This document shows positions 1 through 9,528 of a DNA stretch of 64,000 nucleotides, piece by piece. Made by a program: the position numbers and the translations under genes. How positions within the stretch are numbered: position 1 is the stretch's first letter; each line of letters opens with the position of its first letter. The DNA comes from Pseudomonadota bacterium (GTDB taxonomy: Bacteria > Bdellovibrionota > Bdellovibrionia > Bdellovibrionales > Bdellovibrionaceae). The stretch spans positions 32,001 through 96,000 of the forward strand of contig JBEGVH010000021.1 in NCBI GenBank assembly GCA_041178425.1, given 5' to 3'. Under the pieces are notes generated by a model. The model was not told where the DNA came from, ran no database searches, and worked only from the letters and a program-made list of their open reading frames with translations.

Positions 1-450
1 ACCCAAAACCCATCGTGGCTTCGGTGTGAACGCGCGCTCCTGTATTTGCACCACTCGGGTCTCAGCAAGGATGTCTCCTAGATGCTGACGGTCGCGATGC
101 AACAGGGCCATTAAAAAAATTGAGGGTCCTAGTATATATTTGAACTGAGCAAATAAAACTCTAATGACTGTTTGCGAGAGTCCGATTCCCATCTCTGGAT
201 GGTAGGTGCTCAGAATTCGGAGCCCCAAAAATGCCTGAGCAGGCAACGCCTGGAGCATGTAAATGCAAATCACCTCATAGGCCATTCGCGATAACCAGCA
301 AGCAAAAAATAACTTCCATGAGATCACAATCGAATGCCCTTTTCCCATTTGTGCAAAGGCACTCACGATCAATGGCACCAAAAATACCATCCCTAAAATT
401 TCGTCTATAGCGTGAGCCAGCATGCGCCGAAATGTTCCTGCGACATTCAT
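1..450 (-). CDS. RDD family membrane protein (3' end runs off the window)
   Basis: Not in the ORF track. Manual translation from ATG at 450 (GAGG upstream) gives MNVAGTFRRMLAHAIDE...FLGLRIL...VIRVLFAQ...HRDRQHLGDILAETRVV, which has the R, D and D residues of the RDD family. The frame is open to position 1. Confidence 0.8.
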   Translation of the reverse strand, partial: MNVAGTFRRMLAHAIDEILGMVFLVPLIVSAFAQMGKGHSIVISWKLFFACWLSRMAYEVICIYMLQALPAQAFLGLRILSTYHPEMGIGLSQTVIRVLFAQFKYILGPSIFLMALLHRDRQHLGDILAETRVVQIQERAFTPKPRWVLG

Positions 451-457
451 GTGAACC

Positions 458-1711
458 TCATTTTTTTGCGTTCTCTGCTAACCATCGAAGAGCGCCGGCT
501 CGATCAACCAGCACCCCTTCATAGTGGAGATAAAGACACTCTTTTAAAATTAATCCACGCCGTTCTGGCGCAACCCCCTCAACATCTCGACCGGTGAGCA
601 ATGGCTGCAAGGGCACCTCACGACTCCACCGTTGGGCCTCAGCTAAAAGATCCTTCGGCCAGGCGCTCAGCTGATCAGCGGCCTCTAAAACCAAGCCAAA
701 CTCTTTTGATTGCGATAAATAAGCCCGAACACCCAATCGCAACTGGTCCCACAGCGGGCCCCAAGCGAGAACAGCGCCTACGTCTCTTACCATTTGAGAG
801 TCTTTGCGAGAGAGCGAAAAACGTACCGTCAAGTCACTTACTTTTTCTAAATAATTTTTATTAAACTTCCATTCGGTGTCTGAAACACGCTCCAGGGCCT
901 CTCGACAGAGAGTAGGTTGAAAATTGAGTAACCAGGGAGCTAACAACCATCCTACTTCGTGATGTCCAACCAAAGATAAAAGCTGGGGCATTTGATCAGA
1001 GAGCTCTTGTAAAGGCCAATGAGGAAACAAGACGGAACACAGGTTCCATTGCATGAATCCCCTGAACGCTTTTTCAGAATCGGCGTCAATGGCTTTAGTT
1101 ATCTCAACTCTCAGTCGCTCCCCACTCACCTGAGCCACGCAAGTTAGCTTTTCTTGCGCCGCACGTGCGGTCTTAGGTTCAACCGTAAAGCCTAACTGAC
1201 ACGAAAATCGGAGTAATCGGAGGATGCGTAAGTAATCTTCAGAAAATCGAATCAAGGGATCACCAACGGCCCTCAAGACTTGCTTTTGAATATCGGCCTG
1301 ACCACCCACAAAATCGAGGATTTTTTGATTTTTTAAATCGTAAAACAAAGCATTCACAGTGAAATCTCGGCGAGCGGCATCCTCCTCCGGGCCCGCAAAC
1401 CGAACAAAATTGGGATGCCGACCATCAAGGTAAGCGCCATCACTTCTGAATCGGGCCACCTCAAACTCAAAGCCATCTATCAACACCCGAACGATGCCGA
1501 ACTGCACACCTACCGGAACTGTTTTCTCAAAAAGCTTTTGCACCTGATCGACTGATGCATCAGTCACAACATCCAAATCTTTGTAACTTCGCCCTAAAAG
1601 GGCATCTCGCACACAGCCACCCGCAAGAAAAACCTGGTGTCCCGCCGCCCAAAGGCGCTCGGCAATTTTTTTTAATGCCCTCCCCTGAGGGCCTTCGAAA
1701 AAATCAATCAT
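458..1711 (-). CDS. cca: CCA tRNA nucleotidyltransferase / poly(A) polymerase family (class II)
   Basis: Motifs GGCVRD, DLDVVT, EVARFR, DAARRDFTVNAL and FSEDYLR. The ORF extends to 1792; ATG 1711 is the more likely start. Confidence 0.85.
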   Translation of the reverse strand: MIDFFEGPQGRALKKIAERLWAAGHQVFLAGGCVRDALLGRSYKDLDVVTDASVDQVQKLFEKTVPVGVQFGIVRVLIDGFEFEVARFRSDGAYLDGRHPNFVRFAGPEEDAARRDFTVNALFYDLKNQKILDFVGGQADIQKQVLRAVGDPLIRFSEDYLRILRLLRFSCQLGFTVEPKTARAAQEKLTCVAQVSGERLRVEITKAIDADSEKAFRGFMQWNLCSVLFPHWPLQELSDQMPQLLSLVGHHEVGWLLAPWLLNFQPTLCREALERVSDTEWKFNKNYLEKVSDLTVRFSLSRKDSQMVRDVGAVLAWGPLWDQLRLGVRAYLSQSKEFGLVLEAADQLSAWPKDLLAEAQRWSREVPLQPLLTGRDVEGVAPERRGLILKECLYLHYEGVLVDRAGALRWLAENAKK

Positions 1712-1865
1712 CTTGCTCTCTATTTGATGGTAGATTGCATGACAATTCAAGGATGAATATTCTTCTTGCCGCTCAATATTCTCTTCAAACAAAGCACTAA
1801 AATGTCATAGAATCATCATTGAAAACAATCACCAAAATGATCTAGGGCAAATTGAGAAGAACTAC

Positions 1866-2918
1866 ATGACCAATCAAATGTACCACCAAAGCCTTCGGCA
1901 AACGATGGCCGAAAACGGAATCACGCACTTCGGTTGGACAAAACTAACCCGCCCTCTCTCAATGCATTTTTACACCGACTGGATTGAGAAAGGCCATCAT
2001 GTCGATATGGCCTATTTAAAAGAACATTTACAGAAAAAAGAGGATCCTCTGCTCGCCAAACCTGCACGATCGGCCATAGTCTTAGCGATCCCCTATTTTC
2101 CGCATCCGTGGCCAGACGCGAACCAATATAAAAATTCTGTCGCCCTCTATGCTCGCGGAAAAGACTATCACCACGAGATTCCCAACTTACTGACGCCCAT
2201 TTTAAACAAACTCAAGGTCGATTTTCCGGGAGAGACTTTTCAGGTTTTTACCGACTCCGCACCAATTTTAGAGCGAGATCTCGCCTACCGCGCGGGCCTT
2301 GGATGGATTGGCAAAAACACCTGCCTTATTCATACCAAAAAAGGCTCTCTCTTTTTTTTAGCCGAAATCTATACAACACTCGAATTAATCAACGAGGCTT
2401 CTTGGAGCTCTGATTTTTGTGGAAAATGCACCAAATGCATTGATGCTTGTCCAACGCAGGCCCTCACTGGCCAGAGGGAACTTATTCCCAATCGCTGCAT
2501 TTCATACTGGACTATCGAAGCCAAAAGCTTGCCCCCTGAATCGCTTCGACCCCATTTTAGAGATTGGCTCTTTGGTTGTGATATCTGTCAGACCGTTTGC
2601 CCCTGGAACCAAAAGCCACTCGATGGCTTTTTAAATCAACCTAAAACGCCGGAACTCGAGAAAATCGAAGAGCTTCGTTGGATACTGACAACATCGCGAA
2701 AGGAATTGGCGCGGCATTTTCAAAACACCCCGCTCGCACGAGCCGCAGGATGGAAACTCCAAAGAAACGCGATCATCGTAGCTACAAATCAGCGTCATAA
2801 GGAATTAATGTCAGAGATTGAAATTCACCGTAGCGATTCAAAATTAACGGAACTCGTTGAATGGTCGCTAGAAATTCTAAGAAAGATCAATGCAACCCGT
2901 TCAACTCCAAATATTTAA
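1866..2918 (+). CDS. queG: tRNA epoxyqueuosine(34) reductase
   Basis: YARGKDYH, DSAPILER, GLGWIGKN, and Fe-S motifs CGKCTKCIDACPT, CISYWTIE, GCDICQTVCPWN. Confidence 0.95.
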   Translation: MTNQMYHQSLRQTMAENGITHFGWTKLTRPLSMHFYTDWIEKGHHVDMAYLKEHLQKKEDPLLAKPARSAIVLAIPYFPHPWPDANQYKNSVALYARGKDYHHEIPNLLTPILNKLKVDFPGETFQVFTDSAPILERDLAYRAGLGWIGKNTCLIHTKKGSLFFLAEIYTTLELINEASWSSDFCGKCTKCIDACPTQALTGQRELIPNRCISYWTIEAKSLPPESLRPHFRDWLFGCDICQTVCPWNQKPLDGFLNQPKTPELEKIEELRWILTTSRKELARHFQNTPLARAAGWKLQRNAIIVATNQRHKELMSEIEIHRSDSKLTELVEWSLEILRKINATRSTPNI

Positions 2919-2938
2919 AAATAAATAATATTTAGTTA

Positions 2939-3478
2939 TCAGACGACACCCAGTTTTTTCAGGAGATCATCGATTTCTGATTGATTGGCCTGCTGCGAAG
3001 AACCAGTTGCTTTAGAGGCAACCGTTGCACGCACATCCCCTTTAAATTGGGCATTGATCCAGCTAAGTCTTTCAAGAAAGGTTTTGGTCAGCAATTGACT
3101 CACGTTGAGCGCTTGTTCAGCATTGAGCATCTTGAGCATCTTTTGAAGCATTTCGGTAGCATCTAGGAGGAACGCGACACACACATTATAAAATGGTTCA
3201 TTATCGCGAATCTGTGACGCCTTATATCCAACTGATTTGCAAACCGCAGCATAGTCTCCAAACTGATGAAGCATATGTCCTGAGGGAAATTCTTCAGGAA
3301 AGGCCTGAGCTAAACTCTTTGCACCCCCCATCATTCGATCAACAATTTGTCCGTACTTATCAAGATTGGAAATGAACTTTGGATCTCCGTCAGCTTCCTG
3401 GAGCAACTCGAGGAGCTGATCGAGAAGAGTCTTTGACTCCGCCGTAAAATCTTCTAAAATTTCATTATCTATTGCCAT
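2939..3478 (-). CDS. HPt/CheA-P1-like helical protein lacking the phosphoacceptor His, with a CheZ-like C-terminal peptide
   Basis: N-terminus (IDNEILEDFTAESKTLLDQL) resembles CheA P1. IVDRMMGGAKSL aligns by eye with HPt xHxLKGxA. It ends in NQSEIDDLLKKLG. Confidence 0.55.
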   Translation of the reverse strand: MAIDNEILEDFTAESKTLLDQLLELLQEADGDPKFISNLDKYGQIVDRMMGGAKSLAQAFPEEFPSGHMLHQFGDYAAVCKSVGYKASQIRDNEPFYNVCVAFLLDATEMLQKMLKMLNAEQALNVSQLLTKTFLERLSWINAQFKGDVRATVASKATGSSQQANQSEIDDLLKKLGVV

Positions 3479-3492
3479 AGGAGAAGCTTACC

Positions 3493-4440
3493 ATGACCTC
3501 AAAATCGGATGCAATTGAGTATGTTCCTTTTCGAGTAAGCACACTTCGCGGCGATCAAAAAATTGATTTTGACGCTTACCTTAAAATTAACGAGAAATTC
3601 ATTCTTTACGTTCGTCGAGGTGATTCCTTCGAAGGCGATCGCATTAAAAAGTTAAAAGAGAAAAAGACAAAGCAAATGTTTTTGCGGCCCGAAGAGGAGC
3701 AACAATACCGACAGTATATTGAGCGCAATATTGAGATGGCCTACGATAAGAATTCGGGTAAAAGTATTGAAACCCGTAGCGAAATTATTCAAGGCGCACA
3801 ACAGAACTGCGCCGAAGAGGTATTTGAAAATCCAGGCAATGCAGCTTCGTACCAAGAAGCTAAAACCAGCATCGATCGCTATGTTAATTTTCTCCTCGAC
3901 GAAAACGGAGCCTTTCGCACAATCATGCAAATTGAAAACAGCGATGCCAGCATTGCCCATCACGGCGTGACTGTTGCCACCCTCTCGACAATGCTGATGA
4001 ATAAAATTCAATTTGACCCTAAACAAATTCCATTGATTGCTCTGGGTGGCCTTCTACACGATTTTGCTCACTACAGTAATGGCATCCAAATTAAGCGGCC
4101 CCTCAGCCAGTTTTCACAAGAAGAGCTAAAAACCTATAAACTTCATCCGGGCAATGGTGCCCAAGCCATCATGGACAAACGCCATATCGATCAATTGATA
4201 GTAAAGATTATTTTACAACACGAAGAATGCATTGATGGCAGCGGCTTTCCCAATGGATTTCGCGAAAAAGATATTGAGCCCGGAGCTGTCATTGTAGGCA
4301 CGGCGAATGCGCTCGATCGTCTTATTGCTTTTGAAGGAATGTCGAGAACAGAGGCGTGTAAACACCTCATGGTGAATAAAATCGGTCTCTATCCCCTTGA
4401 TTACATTCGTTACCTCAGTGAGGCCGTCAAAGACCTGTAG
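3493..4440 (+). CDS. HD-GYP domain protein (atypical motifs)
   Basis: HHGVTVA, LLHDF, HPGNG, QHEECIDGSGFP. AGGAG RBS upstream. Confidence 0.85.
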   Translation: MTSKSDAIEYVPFRVSTLRGDQKIDFDAYLKINEKFILYVRRGDSFEGDRIKKLKEKKTKQMFLRPEEEQQYRQYIERNIEMAYDKNSGKSIETRSEIIQGAQQNCAEEVFENPGNAASYQEAKTSIDRYVNFLLDENGAFRTIMQIENSDASIAHHGVTVATLSTMLMNKIQFDPKQIPLIALGGLLHDFAHYSNGIQIKRPLSQFSQEELKTYKLHPGNGAQAIMDKRHIDQLIVKIILQHEECIDGSGFPNGFREKDIEPGAVIVGTANALDRLIAFEGMSRTEACKHLMVNKIGLYPLDYIRYLSEAVKDL

Positions 4441-4444
4441 ACGG

Positions 4445-5836
4445 CTACATCCAGCTCGGGAACCAAACGCGCCAATGGTACTCAAGATCACTCAAAGGCA
4501 GCGCGTAAGTAAGAGGAGCAAAGAAACAAAAACTCACCAATACGCCTCCCAAGAAGAGCCAAACCAAGAATTGTTTTTTGATTTTGTCGATGACCACCGC
4601 CAAAATCATGAGCGCAACCACGAGAGCCACAAAGTAATGGTACAAAAACATCACTCGACCAATAAAAACAAAAGGCAAAAAATTAACTAAATAAAGAAAA
4701 CACAAAAAAAACTCCCTCGATGCCGAACCGTTGATCGGCTCAACCAACCAATCTCTCCAGCTCCGCCAAGAAAGATAGATAAAATAAATGACCATCAGAG
4801 ATGAGACCCACCAAAGCAAAGGATTGCCGACCAGATAAATACGCTCCTTCAATACTGAGTCTGTTTTACCCCAAAAATAAATCGGTCGACCAAGCACCGG
4901 CCAAGAATACCAGCGACTGGAGTATGGATGACTCTGGTTCATCCCTTTTTGATAACTCCACATCATTTTATTGAGCTCAATAAATTGACTCAATAAATTT
5001 GGTTTTTTTAAATCTGGCGACCCATGAAACCGGCTCCCTATCAGGCCACTTTGAAATTCGGCTGTCATAAAGTCATTGCCAATTCCCGAATTGGGGGTGG
5101 CCGCAAAGTGAATGGCAAAAATAATAAAATAAAAAACAAAAGCCACAGTCCAACCGGTGACTAGTTTGCGTAGGGCTAGGTTAAAATTTTTCTGAACCCA
5201 TCCCTCGCGCAACTCCCAAAGAGTGAGCACTCCAAGAAAACTCAACCCTGTCCACTTTATCGAAAAAGCGGCCGCCGCCAACAACCAGGCCGCCCACCAG
5301 AAAGCAGGTTTTTTTGTTCGCTGTGCCCAAACCCCAAACGCTAGAGACGCAAATCCAAAAAACAGTAAAAAGATATCAAACACAAAGGTACGCGAAATAA
5401 CCGTGAGGGCGTTTTCAAAAATAACAAACAGAGCCGCCAGCACTAAGACTCTTCGGGAGAAACCGAGACCTCTCATGATGAGGGCCACAGAGGTTGGGAC
5501 TAGAGCTCCCGCCAAGGCCGTCAATGATCGAAGCCAAACGTAGGTCGATTGGGTAAAAACGGTTCCAATTTTTTCGTAATTAAAGGTCGGATCGATACCA
5601 CCCCATTGAGCTGCCCACCAAAGCAGCAGCTTTCCGAGGGGTGGATGCAAGTCAAAGTAGTATTCCCCCTTGGCGTAGGCATTGAGGAATTTTCCGAAGG
5701 TGACCTCGTCAAAAACCACTGAACCAGGATAGGTTATGCGCCAAAGATGGACCAAAAGGCTCAGCCAAGTAATAAAAATGATATCTACTAAACTAACCGA
5801 CTGGCTCAGCTTTTTAAAAAACTCAATCAACTTCAC
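4445..5836 (-). CDS. Protein O-mannosyltransferase (PMT, GT39 family)
   Basis: VVFDEVTFGKF, YYFDLHPPLGK, SIKWTG, HPYSSRWYSWP, LVGNPLLWW, GRVMFLYHY and many TM segments. Confidence 0.85.
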   Translation of the reverse strand: MKLIEFFKKLSQSVSLVDIIFITWLSLLVHLWRITYPGSVVFDEVTFGKFLNAYAKGEYYFDLHPPLGKLLLWWAAQWGGIDPTFNYEKIGTVFTQSTYVWLRSLTALAGALVPTSVALIMRGLGFSRRVLVLAALFVIFENALTVISRTFVFDIFLLFFGFASLAFGVWAQRTKKPAFWWAAWLLAAAAFSIKWTGLSFLGVLTLWELREGWVQKNFNLALRKLVTGWTVAFVFYFIIFAIHFAATPNSGIGNDFMTAEFQSGLIGSRFHGSPDLKKPNLLSQFIELNKMMWSYQKGMNQSHPYSSRWYSWPVLGRPIYFWGKTDSVLKERIYLVGNPLLWWVSSLMVIYFIYLSWRSWRDWLVEPINGSASREFFLCFLYLVNFLPFVFIGRVMFLYHYFVALVVALMILAVVIDKIKKQFLVWLFLGGVLVSFCFFAPLTYALPLSDLEYHWRVWFPSWM

Positions 5837-5963
5837 GTATTAATCTTCCCGCCCACACCCCTTTTTTATCCAGCACAAAAAGGGGTGTTGAACGAATTGA
5901 CGCGGCCCGCTCCGTAGTTTTAAATTTTGACCAACATGGCCATTACGAGTAACCCCAAACCCA

Positions 5964-6557
5964 ATGATTAAGAACTTTTTATTATTTCTTCTTTTTTCAG
6001 TCTCCGCGGGCACCTCAAGGGTGGCCTTTGGGGTATTCGATCCTATCATTAAGGGTCGAGTAACTATTGAAGAAGGGTATTACCGCCTTATTCCTGAGGG
6101 CAGTACAAAAAAGTTTAATCTCATCATCACGGATGAACTTGTCCAATCCCGAATCCGTTGCCTCAAAGAAGGGGATTTTATCTCAGGCAATGCTTTGAGT
6201 GCCAATGAGAGTCAGATTCAACTTCACTCCATTGATTACGTGGGACTTACGGCTCTTTTTGGAACATGGAGAAATGAATCTGAGATTTTCCGTTTCGACG
6301 ATTTTCAAAACTTTCAATACTGGAACTTCAATAAAGCCAAGGAGCACTATCGTGGTCCTTTCGCCTATCACTATGCCCTCTCGCCTGCTGGTGAAGAGCT
6401 TGGTCTCTGTTCTTGGAAAATCTTTATTCTTGATAGCGTGGGCGTAACGCTCGGAACTTTAGAGTGGGCCGCCGACGACGAAATATTCCTTCAGGTTTAT
6501 GATTCTGAAACGGGTGAGGTTACCTCTAGCAAAAGGCTCATTCGCGGTGTACTCTGA
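5964..6557 (+). CDS. hypothetical secreted protein
   Basis: 197-aa ORF with a signal-peptide-like N-terminus, directly upstream of hutG. Confidence 0.65.
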   Translation: MIKNFLLFLLFSVSAGTSRVAFGVFDPIIKGRVTIEEGYYRLIPEGSTKKFNLIITDELVQSRIRCLKEGDFISGNALSANESQIQLHSIDYVGLTALFGTWRNESEIFRFDDFQNFQYWNFNKAKEHYRGPFAYHYALSPAGEELGLCSWKIFILDSVGVTLGTLEWAADDEIFLQVYDSETGEVTSSKRLIRGVL

Positions 6558-6564
6558 CGGAAGT

Positions 6565-7533
6565 ATGAAAAAGCTTCCATGGGCCCCCACATCAACCCAG
6601 TTATTCTTTTCTCGTAACGACCAATCAGATACCCGTTGGGGTGAGTTCGTCAATGAGGGAGACCCTCTTTCACCATCGAGCCCTTCACGATTTGGTCTCT
6701 GGGGATACGCTGACGATGAGGGCATCAAACTCAATGGCGGCAGAGTTGGAGCTAAGTTTGCTCCCGAATTTATACGACGTTTTTTTTATCGCCTCACTCC
6801 TCCTTTAAATACTGAACGCTATTTTCTCTCTGACTACGGAGATTGGCATCAAGGTGGTTCTCTCGGCGAACAAATTCAAACCATCAGCCTCATCCTCGCA
6901 AAAAAACTGGCTCTTCACCCAATGATCACCCTTGGGGGTGGCCATGACTATGGCGCTGTTGATGGTGCGGGCTTTCTTGAATGGCATCGAAACGCTCAAC
7001 AACTGCAAAAACCACTCATTATTAATTTTGATGCTCACCTTGACGTTCGCCCAACATCAAAGGGCCTAAACAGTGGCACTCCCTTCTCGTGGTTGCTCGA
7101 GAATCACCCAAATGGGTTTGAATTTATTGAAGTCGGTATCCAAAAACAATGCTCCAGCCCTCATCATCATCAATGGGCCAAGGAACAAGGAGCTGACATC
7201 CTCAATCTCGACTATGTTCAAAAAATTGGATTGGTGGCGGCTCTTCGACAACGACTTGCGGGGACCTCCCCCCAACAGCCGTGTTTTATTTCTATCGATA
7301 TCGATGTTTTTTCTCAACCTCTTGCCCCGGGATGCAGTCAGAGTTGGGATGCCGGCCTTCAATACCTTGAAGTGGTTGAGGCCATTCGATGGCTTGTAGA
7401 TCATAAAAAAGTTCACCTTTTAGGCATCTATGAAGTTTCTCCCCCTCTTGACGTCGACCATCGAACCTCGAAACTCGCCGCCTGCCTCGTAGACGACTTT
7501 ATTCGCCATCATTTTGGCTCGCTTAATCGATAA
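6565..7533 (+). CDS. hutG: formimidoylglutamase (arginase/ureohydrolase family)
   Basis: DEGIKLNGGRVGA, LGGGHD, INFDAHLDVR, SGTPF, SIDIDVF, EVSPPLD. ATG 6565 chosen to avoid overlap (the ORF track starts at 6499). Confidence 0.85.
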   Translation: MKKLPWAPTSTQLFFSRNDQSDTRWGEFVNEGDPLSPSSPSRFGLWGYADDEGIKLNGGRVGAKFAPEFIRRFFYRLTPPLNTERYFLSDYGDWHQGGSLGEQIQTISLILAKKLALHPMITLGGGHDYGAVDGAGFLEWHRNAQQLQKPLIINFDAHLDVRPTSKGLNSGTPFSWLLENHPNGFEFIEVGIQKQCSSPHHHQWAKEQGADILNLDYVQKIGLVAALRQRLAGTSPQQPCFISIDIDVFSQPLAPGCSQSWDAGLQYLEVVEAIRWLVDHKKVHLLGIYEVSPPLDVDHRTSKLAACLVDDFIRHHFGSLNR

Positions 7534-7617
7534 TTTTTTTATTCGGTTTACTAGACAAATCATCAAGAGTTCACAGACTTTTTACGTTAATCAACGTTTT
7601 GCAAAAGGAGTTCTAAC

Positions 7618-9474
7618 ATGAAGCAAACGCAGGCTTTTCAAGCTGAAATCAAGCAGCTATTGGATCTCATGATCCATTCACTTTATTCTCACAAGGAGAT
7701 CTTCCTCAGAGAACTCATTTCTAACGCATCAGATGCCTGTGATAAGCGTAAATTTATGTCGCTGACCGATGAGAGCCTTTTGCCCGGAGGCACGGAACTC
7801 GAAATTCAACTCGAAATCGACAAAGAGAACAAGCTTCTCCGCATTATTGATAACGGTGTGGGAATGACTCTCGAAGAGGCAACAAAGAATCTTGGAACTA
7901 TCGCTCATTCAGGCACAAAAGAACTTCTGAAGCATGTTCAAGAAGCTAAAGAACGCCCTGAACTCATTGGTCAATTTGGTGTGGGTTTTTATTCCGCTTT
8001 TATGGTTGCCGACCGAGTCACCGTTCATACACAAAAAGTTGGAACTAACGATGGTATTCTCTGGGAATCCACGGGCGATGGAACCTTCACCACTGATCAG
8101 ATTCCTCGCCCCTTTGGAGCTGGAACAACAATCACTCTTCACCTCAAGGCTGTAGATGCCAATGAAGAAGACACGCAAGATTTCACTGCCGAATGGACTC
8201 TCAAAGGCCTCATTAAGCGTTACAGTGATTTCATTCGCTACCCAATTAAAATGAAAAACGACAAGGGTGAGTTCGAAACTTTGAACTCACAAAAAGCTCT
8301 CTGGTTGAAATCACCTTCAGAAATTAATGAAGAAGAGTACAAAGAGTTTTACCAACAGATCAGTCACGACTGGCAAGCTCCTATCAAAACCATTCACTAC
8401 AAGGCAGAAGGCACCATGGAGTTTCACTCCATGCTCTTTATTCCTTCAAAGCAACCTTGGAACTACTATTCACGCGACTGGGAGCACGGGCTCAATCTTT
8501 ACGTGAAGCGCGTTTTCATTATGAACGACTGTAAAGATTTACTACCGCCTTACTTACGTTTTGTTCGTGGGCTCGTAGATAGCTCAGACTTATCACTGAA
8601 TGTGTCTCGCGAAATGCTTCAGCAAGACCGCCAAGTGGGAGCCATTAGAAAATCTCTCACCACTAAAGTTCTAAACACACTCAAAGATTGGTTGCAGAAA
8701 AACCGAGCTGAGTACGAAACCTTTTGGGCTGAATTTGGACCAACGATCAAAGAGGGTATCCCCAATGATCCATCCACCAAGGAAAAGATCCAAGATCTCC
8801 TCTTATTTCGTACAACGGCCAATGATCAATGGATCACCTTAGATGAATATGTTCAACAAAAGCCAGAAGATCAAAAGGCGATCTACTTTCTTGCAGGCGA
8901 ATCAATCGACCAGCTAAAGGCAAGCCCTTACTTGGAAAAACTTAAAAAGAAGGGCTACAATGTTCTTCTTTGCGTAGACCCAGTGGATGAGTGGGTCACT
9001 AAAACAATGAGCCAATACAAAGAGATCAAGCTCCAATCAGTAACAGAAGAAAACCTCGATCTTTCTACTGAAGAAGAAAAACAGGAGTTCAAAGACCTCG
9101 AAGGCCGCTTCGAACCACTTGTTAAAAATATCAAGACGTATCTTGAACAACAGGTTAAAGATGTTCGTCTTACCGATCGATTAACAGACACTCCCGCTTG
9201 CTTGGTTTCGAGTTCTGATGCCATGAGTGCTCACATGGAGCAGCTATTAGCAAAAATGGGAAAAGAGGGCCTTGGTCTCTCCAAACGAATTCTCGAGGTC
9301 AATCCAAAGCACCCGCTCATCGAAAGAATGCTCGTTTGCAAAGATGACACTCAAAAGCAGTGGGCTGAAATTCTTTACAATCAAGCACTTCTTTTTGAGG
9401 GGTCTCCGCTTCCTGAACCACTCAAATTTGCTCAGTCAATCAATGAACTGATGCTCAATCAGAACAGTTTATAG
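7618..9474 (+). CDS. htpG: Hsp90 chaperone HtpG
   Basis: FQAEIKQLL, YSHKEIFLRELISNASDA, IGQFGVGFYSAF, LNVSREMLQ. AAGGAG RBS. Confidence 0.98.
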   Translation: MKQTQAFQAEIKQLLDLMIHSLYSHKEIFLRELISNASDACDKRKFMSLTDESLLPGGTELEIQLEIDKENKLLRIIDNGVGMTLEEATKNLGTIAHSGTKELLKHVQEAKERPELIGQFGVGFYSAFMVADRVTVHTQKVGTNDGILWESTGDGTFTTDQIPRPFGAGTTITLHLKAVDANEEDTQDFTAEWTLKGLIKRYSDFIRYPIKMKNDKGEFETLNSQKALWLKSPSEINEEEYKEFYQQISHDWQAPIKTIHYKAEGTMEFHSMLFIPSKQPWNYYSRDWEHGLNLYVKRVFIMNDCKDLLPPYLRFVRGLVDSSDLSLNVSREMLQQDRQVGAIRKSLTTKVLNTLKDWLQKNRAEYETFWAEFGPTIKEGIPNDPSTKEKIQDLLLFRTTANDQWITLDEYVQQKPEDQKAIYFLAGESIDQLKASPYLEKLKKKGYNVLLCVDPVDEWVTKTMSQYKEIKLQSVTEENLDLSTEEEKQEFKDLEGRFEPLVKNIKTYLEQQVKDVRLTDRLTDTPACLVSSSDAMSAHMEQLLAKMGKEGLGLSKRILEVNPKHPLIERMLVCKDDTQKQWAEILYNQALLFEGSPLPEPLKFAQSINELMLNQNSL

Positions 9475-9490
9475 TTATTATTTTTTAGAG

Positions 9491-9520
9491 AAACCGCCGG
9501 GGTAAAAGCTCCGGTGGTTT
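9491..9520. terminator. hairpin between convergent htpG and lytic transglycosylase genes
   Basis: AAACCGCCGGGG-TAAAAG-CTCCGGTGGTTT stem with G-U pairs. Confidence 0.6.
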
Positions 9521-9528
9521 TAAGATAC

